From Syntrophobacterales bacterium (GTDB taxonomy: Bacteria; Desulfobacterota; Desulfobaccia; Desulfobaccales; 0-14-0-80-60-11), in NCBI GenBank assembly GCA_023512475.1, contig JAILZL010000001.1:11516-75515 (forward strand): 64,000 bases of DNA. The letters are read 5' to 3'. Shown piece by piece: positions 1 to 8,357 of the stretch. Position numbers and translations under genes: made by a program. How positions within the stretch are numbered: position 1 is the first letter of the stretch; every line of letters starts with the position of its first letter. The notes under the pieces are model-generated. The model was not told the origin of the DNA, ran no database searches, and saw nothing but the letters and a program-made list of their open reading frames with translations.

Positions 1-1880
1 GCTTCGCCGCCAGCTCCCCCTTCACCCCGGTGAACACCAGCAAAGACGGCATCTACGTCTGCGGCGTCTTCCAGGCCCCCAAGGACATTCCCCAGTCGGT
101 GATGGAGGCCTCCGCCGCCGCCGCTGCCGCCGGGGAGCTTCTGGCCGCGGCCCGCAACACCGCCATCAAGAAGCCGGAGATCCCCCCGGAGCGGGACGTC
201 AGCGGCGAGGAACCCCGCATCGGCGTCTTTGTCTGCAACTGCGGCATCAACATCGGCGGGGTCATCAACATCCCCAAGCTGGCGGAATACGCCAAGACCC
301 TCCCCCATGTGGTCTTTGTGGATGAAAACCTCTTCACCTGCTCCGCGGACACCCAGGCCAAGATCATCCAGGCCATCCAGGAGCACAACCTTAACCGGGT
401 GATGGTGGCCTCCTGCAGCCCCCGGACCCACGCCCCCATGTTCATGGAGACCATCCAGCAGGCGGGCCTCAACCCCTACCTCTTTGAGATGGCCAACATC
501 CGGGACCAGGATTCCTGGGTGCACATGCACGAGCCCGAGGCCGCCCTGGAGAAGGCCAAGGACCTGGTGCGGGGCGTGGTGGCCCGGCTCCGGAACCTGG
601 AGCCCCTCCACAAGATGGAGTTCCCGGTCACCAAGGCCGCCTTGGTGATCGGCGGCGGCGTGGCCGGCATGACCGCGGCCCGCTCCATCGCCGACATGGG
701 CTTCCAGGCCTACCTGGTGGAGAAGACCGACAAACTGGGGGGCAACGCCTGGAATCTGGTCATCAGCCACCGGGGCTATGATTACCAGGGCTTCCTCACC
801 GACCTCATCGACACGGTGACGAAGCACCCCAACATCGAGATCATGTACAATTCCGAGGTGGTGGAGACCAGCGGCTTCATCGGCAACTACCGCTCCACCG
901 TCAAGACCCCTGCCGGCAACCGGGACCTGGAGCACGGCGTCACCGTCATGGCCACCGGCGGCCAGCCTTACAGCCCGGAGGAGTACCAATACGGCCAGCA
1001 TCCGCACGTCTACACCCTCTTTGAGCTGGACAAGCTCATCGCGGCCAAGGACCCCCGTCTTGCGGAGGCCAAACAGGCGGTCTTCATCCAGTGCGTGGGC
1101 TCCCGGGAGCCCCAGCGGCCCTACTGCAGCCGCCTCTGTTGCACCCATTCCGTGGAGAGCGCCCTGGCCCTGAAGGACCTCACCCCCGAGATGGATGTCT
1201 TCATCCTCTACCGGGATATGCGCACCTACGGCGAAAAGGAGCTCCTCTACAAGGAGGCCCGGGAGAAGGGGGTGATCTTCATCCGCTTTGACCTGGACAG
1301 CAAGCCCAAGGTACGCACCAAACCCGACCGGGGCCTGGAGGTGACGGTGGTGGATCCCATCCTGGGGATGCCGGTGGTGCTGCACCCCGATGTCCTCACC
1401 CTGGCCAGCGCCGTGCTCCCCAACGATGTGGAGGAGCTGGGGGAACTCTTCAAGGTGCCCAGAAACGCCGAAGGCTTCTTCAACGAGGCCCACGCCAAGC
1501 TGCGGCCGGTGGACTTCCCCACCGACGGCATCTTCCTGGCGGGTCTGGCCCACTACCCCAAACCCATCGACGAGTCCATCGCCCAGGCCAAGGCCGCGGC
1601 CGGCCGGGCCGCCACCTTCCTGGCCCTGGACACCGTCAAGGTGGGCGGCATCGTGGCCGTGGTGGATCAGGACAAGTGCGCCGTCTGCCTCACCTGCGTG
1701 CGCACCTGCCCCTTCATGGTGCCGGTCATCGACTACACCGTGGACGCGGCCTACATCGATCCGGCCAAATGCCAGGGCTGCGGCGTCTGCGTCTCCGAAT
1801 GCCCGGCCAAGGCCATTCAGCTGAAACACTACACCGACACCCAGATCATCGCCCAGGAACTGGCCCTGGCCGCCAGCTGA
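1..1880 (+). CDS. hdrA: HdrA-like FAD/Fe-S flavoprotein (heterodisulfide reductase subunit A family, large tandem HdrA/HdrL-like form); 5' end lies outside the window
   Basis: The frame of ORF 30..1880 stays open to the window edge. It has a GGGVAG dinucleotide-binding motif, an HdrA-type Cys region (CSRLCCTHS) and a C-terminal 2x[4Fe-4S] ferredoxin (CAVCLTCVRTCP, CQGCGVCVSECP). mvhD follows immediately. Confidence 0.85.
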   Translation, partial: FAASSPFTPVNTSKDGIYVCGVFQAPKDIPQSVMEASAAAAAAGELLAAARNTAIKKPEIPPERDVSGEEPRIGVFVCNCGINIGGVINIPKLAEYAKTLPHVVFVDENLFTCSADTQAKIIQAIQEHNLNRVMVASCSPRTHAPMFMETIQQAGLNPYLFEMANIRDQDSWVHMHEPEAALEKAKDLVRGVVARLRNLEPLHKMEFPVTKAALVIGGGVAGMTAARSIADMGFQAYLVEKTDKLGGNAWNLVISHRGYDYQGFLTDLIDTVTKHPNIEIMYNSEVVETSGFIGNYRSTVKTPAGNRDLEHGVTVMATGGQPYSPEEYQYGQHPHVYTLFELDKLIAAKDPRLAEAKQAVFIQCVGSREPQRPYCSRLCCTHSVESALALKDLTPEMDVFILYRDMRTYGEKELLYKEAREKGVIFIRFDLDSKPKVRTKPDRGLEVTVVDPILGMPVVLHPDVLTLASAVLPNDVEELGELFKVPRNAEGFFNEAHAKLRPVDFPTDGIFLAGLAHYPKPIDESIAQAKAAAGRAATFLALDTVKVGGIVAVVDQDKCAVCLTCVRTCPFMVPVIDYTVDAAYIDPAKCQGCGVCVSECPAKAIQLKHYTDTQIIAQELALAAS

Positions 1881-1941
1881 ACCATACCCGGGGAGGGCAG
1901 GCCACGCCCTCCCCGGATATCCAGAAAATAAGGGAGGCATC

Positions 1942-2403
1942 ATGACCGCCACCGACTGGACCCCGAAAATCATTGCTTTCTGCTGCCGCTACTGAGCCTA
2001 CAGCGCCGCGGACCTGGCAGGTTCGATGCGGTTGCAATACCCCCCGGAAATCAAGATCATCATGGTTCCCTGCACCGGCCGGGTGGATATCCTCCACCTC
2101 CTCAAGGCCTTCGAAGGCGGGGCGGATGTGGTCTTCGTGGCCGGCTGCCTGGAGGGCGAGTGCCATTACCTCTCCGGCAACATCCGGGCCCGCAAGCGGG
2201 TCACCAAACTGAAGAAGGATCTGGAGGCCATCGGCTTCGAAACCGAGCGCCTGGAGATGTTCAACCTCTCCTCGTCGGAAGGGCCCAAATTCGCCGCCAT
2301 CGCCAAGGAGATGGCGGAGCGGGCCTACCGCCTGGGGCCCAGCCCGGTGAGGAAGGAGGCCCGGGAGGCCTGGCTGGCCAAACAGAAGGCCGCCAGCGCC
2401 TGA
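1942..2403 (+). CDS. mvhD: MvhD/VhuD-type hydrogenase delta subunit-like protein, selenocysteine-containing (in-frame TGA at 1993-1995)
   Basis: AAGGGAGG Shine-Dalgarno at 1929-1936 precedes ATG 1942. Translation is MTATDWTPKIIAFCCRY-U-AYSAADLAGSMRLQYPPEIKIIMVPCTGRVD. The TGA sits where the family has the Cys/Sec of the CCNWC/U motif, and the frame continues into track ORF 2026..2403. A hairpin at 2005-2032 with a GGC apical loop lies about 21 nt after the UGA. Confidence 0.8.
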
Positions 2404-2475
2404 GACCCTTGACGGAGCCGCCTGCCGGCGGAAAAGCCGGGCCGGAACCTGGCTGGGGCAGCACCTGTCATTGAG

Positions 2476-2504
2476 CTGAGGCGGGAGACCCCCTCCCGCC
2501 TCAG
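2476..2504 (+). terminator. GC-rich hairpin downstream of mvhD (12-bp perfect stem CTGAGGCGGGAG/CTCCCGCCTCAG, 5-nt loop)
   Basis: A perfect inverted repeat is visible in the sequence. The following T-tract (GTTTGAC) is weak. Confidence 0.4.
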
Positions 2505-2564
2505 GTTTGACAAAGGGTCATCTGGCCGGGAGGGACGTGGGGCCCTGAATCCCTGCGACGAATG

Positions 2565-2596
2565 AAAAAAGGCCGGCAGCACCCGCTTCCGGCCTT
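2565..2596 (-). terminator. Intrinsic terminator after the tlpA-like gene
   Basis: The minus strand reads AAGGCCGG-12 nt loop-CCGGCCTTTTTT. This is an 8-bp stem followed by a T6 run, about 70 nt after the stop at 2664. Confidence 0.5.
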
Positions 2597-2663
2597 GCTT
2601 TGCCGCCCAGGCAGGAGGAGGAGAGGGGGCCTCCTTGCCGCCTGCCTTTCATTTCCCCCCCGG

Positions 2664-3161
2664 TTAGAGCAGGGGCTGGATCAGTTTGAGGAATTCCTCT
2701 TTTTTGCGGGTCCCCAGCACTTTGTGGGCGACATTGCCCTGTTTGTCCACGATGATGGTGGTGGGCACCACCTCCACCCCGCCATAGGCCTTGGCCACCT
2801 TGTCATCCCCCAGCAGCACCGGATAGGTGACCCCCAGCTGCTTGATGAGGAAGCGGAGCTGGGTCGGGTCCGAGGACAGGCCGATGCCGATGGTCTCGTA
2901 GCCCTTGCCCTTGAGCTCCTGGTTGATCTTCTCCAGATCCGGCATCTCATCCCGGCAGGGACCGCAGAAGAAGGTGAAGAAGTTGATGAGCACCACCTTG
3001 CCCTTGAACTGGCTGAGGCTGTATTCCTTCCCTTCCAGGATATCCTTGAGGGTAAAATCCGGGGCCGCCTTGCCCTGTGCTCCTGCCGCTCCGGCCCCTG
3101 CCACCAGCAGGGCGGTGATGACCAGCAGCACTCCCAGCCGCGCGCCGGTTCTGTTCGCCAT
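2664..3161 (-). CDS. Secreted thioredoxin-fold thiol:disulfide oxidoreductase (TlpA/ResA family)
   Basis: N-terminal signal-like hydrophobic segment, FCGPC (CxxC) active site, TlpA-like length (165 aa). AAGGAG RBS before ATG 3161. Confidence 0.85.
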   Translation of the reverse strand: MANRTGARLGVLLVITALLVAGAGAAGAQGKAAPDFTLKDILEGKEYSLSQFKGKVVLINFFTFFCGPCRDEMPDLEKINQELKGKGYETIGIGLSSDPTQLRFLIKQLGVTYPVLLGDDKVAKAYGGVEVVPTTIIVDKQGNVAHKVLGTRKKEEFLKLIQPLL

Positions 3162-3205
3162 GGGATTCTCCTTCTCACGGCCTAAATGGATTTCGTGCTG
3201 ACCCC

Positions 3206-3234
3206 TTTATAACAAATCCCCCCTGACCCCGCAA
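3206..3234 (-). promoter_or_regulatory. Candidate sigma70-type promoter for the tlpA-like gene (TTGCGG-17 nt-TATAAA)
   Basis: Read on the minus strand: -35 at 3234-3229, -10 at 3211-3206, 17-nt spacer, about 45 nt upstream of the ATG. Confidence 0.4.
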
Positions 3235-3270
3235 TTCACCTTCCGGCCCGGTGCCGGCCCCATCCTCCCC

Positions 3271-3299
3271 TTGACATCCCCCCCGTCCTCTCCCATATT
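3271..3299 (+). promoter_or_regulatory. Candidate sigma70-type promoter for the flavoprotein gene (TTGACA-17 nt-CATATT)
   Basis: -35 TTGACA at 3271-3276, -10 CATATT at 3294-3299, 57 nt upstream of ATG 3356. Confidence 0.4.
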
Positions 3300-3355
3300 G
3301 GGAAGCACAAGGGCTCCCGGGCCGAGGGTCCGGGGGCCGGGGTGAGGAGCGAGAC

Positions 3356-3961
3356 ATGAAAATTCTCGGCATCTGGGGCAGTCCCCGCAAAGGCGGCAAT
3401 TCCGAGATACTCCTGCAGGCCTTCCTGGACGGGGCCGCCGACGCGGGCGGGGAGGTGGAACGCCTGGCCCTCCGGGAGCTGAAGATCACCCCCTGCCTGG
3501 AGATCTACCACTGCTTCAAGGACGGCACCTGCCCCATCAAGGATGACATGCTCCCTTTGTATGACAAACTCCTGGAGGCCGACGTGGTGGCCCTCGCCTC
3601 CCCCATCTTCTTCTATGGCGTCTCCGCCCAGGCCAAGGCCTTCATCGACCGCACCCAGGCCCTGTGGTCCCGGCGCTATGTCCTGAAAAAAGACTTTCCC
3701 GGCCCGGAGCGTCAGGGGGTGCTGCTCTGCACCGGCGCCACTCACGGCCGACTCCTGTTTGTGGGCGCCCGCCTCACCGCCAAATACTTCTTTGACGCCA
3801 TCAACGTCACCTACGCCGCCGAAATCCTGGTGCGGGGGGTGGATGAAAAGGGGGCCATCCTGGAGCTCCCCGACGTCCTGGAAAGCGCCCGCCTCCTGGG
3901 CCGGCGCCTGGCCCGGGGGGAAAAACTCGGGCCCATCAAACTTTCACCTTTGGCGGTGTGA
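3356..3961 (+). CDS. NADPH-dependent FMN reductase / iron-sulfur flavoprotein (Isf-like)
   Basis: N-terminus MKILGIWGSPRKGGNSE and the PIFFYGVSAQAKAFIDR segment are typical of the flavodoxin-like FMN reductase family. GAGGAG RBS. Confidence 0.8.
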   Translation: MKILGIWGSPRKGGNSEILLQAFLDGAADAGGEVERLALRELKITPCLEIYHCFKDGTCPIKDDMLPLYDKLLEADVVALASPIFFYGVSAQAKAFIDRTQALWSRRYVLKKDFPGPERQGVLLCTGATHGRLLFVGARLTAKYFFDAINVTYAAEILVRGVDEKGAILELPDVLESARLLGRRLARGEKLGPIKLSPLAV

Positions 3962-4058
3962 ACCACGATCCGAGGAACAGCGCCTCCCAGCGGGGCGAGG
4001 TCTTGGGCACCCTGGGGCCTGCCGGCCCCCGGGCAATCCGTCACCAGAGGAGGGAACG

Positions 4059-4445
4059 ATGCTGGCAGTGGGCATGAAGCATGAAAAGGAGATCACCACC
4101 GGCCCGGAGCACTCCGCCCGCAATTTCTTCCCGGACCTGCCGGACGTCTTCGGCACGCCTTATCTCGTGGGCCTTTTCGAGGGGGTGAGCGCCGAACTCA
4201 TGGCGCCCCACCTGAGCCCCGGCGAGCAGTCGGTGGGGGCCGGCATGGACCTGAAGCACACCGCCCCCACCCCCCTGGGGATGAAGGTCCGGGCGGTCAC
4301 CGAGCTGGTGGAGGTGGACAAGCGCAAACACGTCTTCAGACTGGAGGCCTTCGACGAAAAGGAAAAGATCGGCGAGGCCACCCACATCCGGTATATAATA
4401 GATGCAGCCAAGTTCATGCAGAAAGTGGAGGCCAAGAAGGGCTGA
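4059..4445 (+). CDS. Hotdog-fold thioesterase (FlK-like thioesterase superfamily)
   Basis: Start trimmed to ATG 4059, preceded by AGAGGAGGG. The size (128 aa) and the pattern GTPYLVGLFE...HxAPTPxG resemble this family. The upstream part of track ORF 3759..4445 is Pro/Arg-rich and looks non-coding. Confidence 0.7.
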   Translation: MLAVGMKHEKEITTGPEHSARNFFPDLPDVFGTPYLVGLFEGVSAELMAPHLSPGEQSVGAGMDLKHTAPTPLGMKVRAVTELVEVDKRKHVFRLEAFDEKEKIGEATHIRYIIDAAKFMQKVEAKKG

Positions 4446-4633
4446 GCGCCGGGACCCTGTCCGGTCTGTTACCCTTAAGGGACTTTGAGGGCGGCTTCGG
4501 CTGGGACGCCCAGCTCCGGCAGTACGTCCGGAAAAAATACCGGACGGACCTGGAGGGGCTGGCGGACCTGGACGCGGCCCTGCTGGCCCGGCTCCTGGGC
4601 GGGGGGCTCCTTGAGGCCACCCCCTACCCCGGG

Positions 4634-5221
4634 GTGCGCTGGGTGCTGCATCTCCGGCCCTTCCGCCCCTTGGAGCTCTTCTTTCTATATATCGCGGAGG
4701 AGGAATTCGGGACGGATCTCCGGGTCTATTTCGGGCCCCGGAGCCGGGCGGTGCCCACCGAGGACGCCTATGTCTTTGCCTGGGATTACCTGGCGGTGCT
4801 GGCCCGCTACGGCCGCCGGGAATATCCCCTCCTACCCGCCGCCCCGGACCCGGACTGGTGGTCGGTGGCGGAGTTCGCCCCGCCCGGCGCCCGCCCGATT
4901 CAGGACACGGCCCTGGGGGCGCGGGAGGAGGTGTTGCCGCACCTGACGGCGCCGCTGGTGGAGGTGGCGGTCCTGCGCCTGGAGAGCGGGCGCTCCCAAC
5001 CCCAGCCCGGAGGCTGGGAGGTCGTGTGGCCCCTCCTGGGGGACGCGGCCTTCCGCCTCACCCTGACCGCCGGTCAGGTGGATCTGGCCTTTGACCGCCA
5101 CGGGGCCCGGAAGTACGCCCCGGAGCTCCTCCTCAGCTTCGCCTGGCTCTACATCAATGCCCTGATCCGGGAGTATCGGCAGGTGGACCCCGCCCTGCCC
5201 CGCCTGTCCCGTTATCTGTGA
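4634..5221 (+). CDS. Hypothetical protein; start uncertain
   Basis: 195-aa ORF with genome-typical codon usage. The same frame stays open and protein-like (..DAQLRQYVRKKYRTDLEGLADLDAALLARLL..) for about 180 nt upstream without any ATG/GTG/TTG. The stop overlaps the next ATG (TGATG). Confidence 0.55.
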   Translation: MRWVLHLRPFRPLELFFLYIAEEEFGTDLRVYFGPRSRAVPTEDAYVFAWDYLAVLARYGRREYPLLPAAPDPDWWSVAEFAPPGARPIQDTALGAREEVLPHLTAPLVEVAVLRLESGRSQPQPGGWEVVWPLLGDAAFRLTLTAGQVDLAFDRHGARKYAPELLLSFAWLYINALIREYRQVDPALPRLSRYL

Positions 5222-5451
5222 TGCTGTGCTGCCCTGACTGCCGCCACCCGGGCCTGCGCCTCCATCCCTCCTGACAGGGCCTGACGGTGGTCTGCACGGC
5301 GTGCGGACGGGAGGTGGCGCCGGAGACCTTCGCCCTGCTCGTGGCCCGGGCCAACGCGCGGCGGCGTCCTGGGGCGCCCCCCGCCCCCGCAGCTGCGGAC
5401 GGCCTGGAGGGAGACCCCCGGTTGCAATCCGGCGGTGAGAATTTATACTAA
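5221..5451 (+). CDS. Small zinc-ribbon protein (CPDC...CTAC) interrupted by an in-frame TGA at 5272-5274: possible selenoprotein/readthrough, or a pseudogene
   Basis: ATG 5221 overlaps the preceding stop. Translation is MLCCPDCRHPGLRLHPS-TGA-QGLTVVCTACGREVAPETFALLVARA..., ending at TAA 5449-5451. The two CxxC knuckles straddle the TGA. Third-position GC is high throughout. An 8-bp hairpin at 5290-5308 has a GGC loop. Confidence 0.3.
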
Positions 5452-5520
5452 ATAACGCATCATCCGGCCGGTGCGGGGCTCACCGCGCCGGCGCCCTGAT
5501 CTGTCAGAGGAGGGAGGTCT

Positions 5521-5757
5521 ATGGCACGCGTCACCATTGAAGACTGCCTGCGCCGGGTCCCCAACCGCTTTGCCCTGGTGCACATGGCGGCCAAGCGGGT
5601 GCGTCAGCTCTACCGCGGCGCCCCGGTCCTGGTGCCGGGCAACAACAAGGAAATCGTCATGGCTCTGAGGGAGATCGCCGCGGGTAAGGTCATCCCCACG
5701 TCGCCCCTGCCCGCCCTCCCGGAAAAGACCCCTTACCGGGACGAGGATGCCGGCTAA
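5521..5757 (+). CDS. rpoZ: DNA-directed RNA polymerase subunit omega
   Basis: [28 protein letters not shown] is the canonical RpoZ N-terminus. GAGGAGGGAGG RBS. Confidence 0.92.
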   Translation: MARVTIEDCLRRVPNRFALVHMAAKRVRQLYRGAPVLVPGNNKEIVMALREIAAGKVIPTSPLPALPEKTPYRDEDAG

Positions 5758-6712
5758 TCTGCCGCCTGCCTATTTCGAAGCCGAAAAACGCTACCGGGAG
5801 GCCCGGTCGGTCAGCGACAAGATCCGCTGCCTGGAAGAGATGCTGGCCATCATGCCCAAGCACAAGGGCACGGACAAGCTCCGGGCCGATCTGCGCCGGC
5901 GTCTCTCCCAGCTCCGGGACCTGGGCACCGCCCGCCACGGCCCCGGACGCCGGACCCCGGTCTATCTCATCGACAAGGAGGGGGTGGGCCAGGTGGCCCT
6001 GATCGGCCCGCCCAACACCGGCAAATCCTCTCTGCTCGCCGCCCTCACCAAGGCCCAGCCCCTCATCGCCCCCTACCCCTTCTCCACCCGCACTCCTCTG
6101 GCCGGCATGATGCGCTTCGAAAACGTCCAGGTGCAACTGGTGGACACCCCGCCTCTGGGAGGCGATTTCCTGGAGCCCTGGTTCCCGGACCTTCTGCGCC
6201 GGGCCGACGCCTGGGCCATCGTGCTGGCCCCGCCCGCCGACCCCATCGCCGAGCTGGACCGCCTGGCCCATATCCTGGCCGGCTGCCAGCTGGCCTTCAC
6301 CCCCACCCCCGGCCTCACCCGTCGCCCGGCCCTCATCATCCTCAACCAGGCGGACCTCATCGACGACCCCGAGGAGGAGGCCTTATACCTGGAGCTGCTC
6401 CGGGAGCGCCTGCCCACCTATCCCGTCTCCGCCGAGACCCGCCGGGGGCTCCCGGAACTCAAGGCCGCCCTCTTCGGCCTTCTGGGCCTCATCCGGGTCT
6501 ACACCCGGGCGCCGGGCAAAGCCGCCAACTACAACGCCCCCTTTGTGCTGCCCCGGGAGACCACCGTCCTGGAGCTGGCCGGCCGCATCCACCATGACCT
6601 GGCCCGCCAGTTCAAGTTCGCCCGGGTCTGGGGCCAAAAGACCTTCCCCGGCCAGCGGGTGCAGCGGGATTACGTCCTCCAGGAGGGCGACGTGGTGGAA
6701 ATCCACACCTGA
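5747..6712 (+). CDS. OBG/DRG-type GTPase with C-terminal TGS domain
   Basis: G1 [10 protein letters not shown]3 DTPP, G4 NQAD. The C-terminus (RVYTR...GDVVEI) is TGS-like. Overlaps the rpoZ end by 11 nt. Confidence 0.8.
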   Translation: MPANLPPAYFEAEKRYREARSVSDKIRCLEEMLAIMPKHKGTDKLRADLRRRLSQLRDLGTARHGPGRRTPVYLIDKEGVGQVALIGPPNTGKSSLLAALTKAQPLIAPYPFSTRTPLAGMMRFENVQVQLVDTPPLGGDFLEPWFPDLLRRADAWAIVLAPPADPIAELDRLAHILAGCQLAFTPTPGLTRRPALIILNQADLIDDPEEEALYLELLRERLPTYPVSAETRRGLPELKAALFGLLGLIRVYTRAPGKAANYNAPFVLPRETTVLELAGRIHHDLARQFKFARVWGQKTFPGQRVQRDYVLQEGDVVEIHT

Positions 6713-6928
6713 GCCCACCCGGACGGCTGGGCCTCCTCCCCCCAAAAACCGACGGTCTCCGGAAAGGCGGATGGAGGTAGGAGAAGGGCGGTAATAGGCC
6801 CCGACCCCGACTGTCCCGGGCCCTGAAAGGGCGGAGCTCCCCGCGCTCCCGCCGCCAAGGCCGGGGAAGGCCCGGGCACTTTCTCTCTCCCTTTTGTCGT
6901 CTGACCGTGGCCCGCCTCTCCCGGAGCC

Positions 6929-7873
6929 TCACGCCCCGGGGAGAATGTCGGCGTTGACGCCCCCCCAGCACAGCACCGGCCCAAAATCCTCCTGCCCCGG
7001 GCTTCGGGCCCAGACCTCCAGATCCCAGCTCACCTGGGGGCCGACCCAGGCGGGCAGCACCTCCTCCGCCAGGAATTCCCGGAAGGTCTCCGCCTGCTCG
7101 GCCAGGGCCTCGTCGCCCTCCGCGGCCGCGGCCAGCAGCTCCTCCAGCTCGGCGTCAAAGTCCGCCTGCCACGGCGGTTCCGCCTGCCGCCGCCACTCCT
7201 CTTCGCTCTTGACCCCCGGCAGGATAAAGGTCTCCCGCACCACCTGGGTCCAGTCGGGCCAGCCCTGCAGGACCCCGAAGATGGCCCGGGAGGTGCGGCT
7301 CAAGAGCACCGGCGCCCACGGTTGCGGGCTGGACCCCACCATCTCCCGCTGCCAGAGGGCAAACCGCAGGCGGGCCAGTCCCGGGTCCACCATCTCCTTC
7401 AGGCCGGGCACGCTGCCGAACTGCGGCTGCGGCTCCCAGGGCTCGGGGGCCAGGATCTCCGCCAGCCAGGCATGGCCCCGGTCCACCAGAGTCATCTGCG
7501 CCTCCTCATCGGCCTGGAGCTTCTCCAGCTGCCAGGCCAGGGTCAGGGCCTGGGCCTCCACCTTGGGAGGTGCGGGCTTCTCCTCCGGCGGCAGCCCCTT
7601 CAGCTCCCGCAGGATCTCCCCCACCTCCTCTTCCTGGGCCGAAAGAAAATCTTCAAATGCCTTCTGCTGGGTGAGTTCTCCGGGCCGGTAGTGGGCCAGC
7701 TCCTTCAGAGGCCGCTGGGCCGCCGGCGGCAACGGCCGGGTCTCATAGGGCATGGCCGCCGGCCAGCCCAGGGCCACCCCCACCTCCAGGTGAGGAAAAT
7801 ACAGGGGCAGGGTCCAGAATTCCTCCCGCCAGGGGAGGATGAGGGGAAAGGCGATAAGCCGCCAGGCGGTCAT
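6929..7873 (-). CDS. Hypothetical protein
   Basis: 314-aa ORF with balanced, acidic, Trp-rich composition. The overlapping plus-strand ORFs are Ser/Arg/Pro-rich shadows. No motif recognised. Confidence 0.55.
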   Translation of the reverse strand: MTAWRLIAFPLILPWREEFWTLPLYFPHLEVGVALGWPAAMPYETRPLPPAAQRPLKELAHYRPGELTQQKAFEDFLSAQEEEVGEILRELKGLPPEEKPAPPKVEAQALTLAWQLEKLQADEEAQMTLVDRGHAWLAEILAPEPWEPQPQFGSVPGLKEMVDPGLARLRFALWQREMVGSSPQPWAPVLLSRTSRAIFGVLQGWPDWTQVVRETFILPGVKSEEEWRRQAEPPWQADFDAELEELLAAAAEGDEALAEQAETFREFLAEEVLPAWVGPQVSWDLEVWARSPGQEDFGPVLCWGGVNADILPGA

Positions 7874-8197
7874 AGGGGCTCCTTATGCGCTCTCAGCCGT
7901 GGAATGGTTGCCTGCCTTTCGGGGAGCGGAAGCAGAAGATTATCCCTCCCCTCCCGCCCGCACCCCACCTTGCAGAATCCGGCGCCCCTCGCGGGCCGCG
8001 CCGTCTGGCTCTCCGCCCCGCTCTCCGGGAAGGAAGCAGGTCCCCGCCGGGAGGAGGCCCCTTATTGCGGTCCGCCCCGCCCAGGACCGCGCCCTCCCGG
8101 CGGCCGGGATGCCCCGGGGCCGGCTGGCCTGGCGGGTGGGTGAAATCGGTTATGCAGGGAAGGGGCCAGGGTCACAGCCCCTCCCCCTCCTCCGAGC

Positions 8198-8288
8198 ATT
8201 GCCCCCCACCCCCGCAGGGGGAGGTGGAACATGGAGCTGGCTGCACAGCTTGTGGGTGATTGCCCCCCACCCCCGCAGGGGGAGGTGG
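8198..8288. repeat. Two identical 30-bp direct repeats (ATTGCCCCCCACCCCCGCAGGGGGAGGTGG) separated by 31 bp
   Basis: Copies at 8198-8227 and 8259-8288 are identical. Each contains a CCCCC-GCA-GGGGG hairpin core. Only two units, in the spacer between two minus-strand genes. Confidence 0.8.
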
Positions 8289-8357
8289 CTTCGGCCTCCC
8301 GGCTAACTTGGCAGCTTCATCCCACAAAGTTCGGGGAGGGCTGTTTACACTAGCCTG

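Noticed and set aside
8198-8288. Calling the 30-bp repeat pair a CRISPR array.
   Set aside because: There are only two repeats and one spacer, no degenerate flanking copies at the expected period, and no cas genes or leader in the window. The repeat resembles other GC-rich palindromic intergenic elements here.
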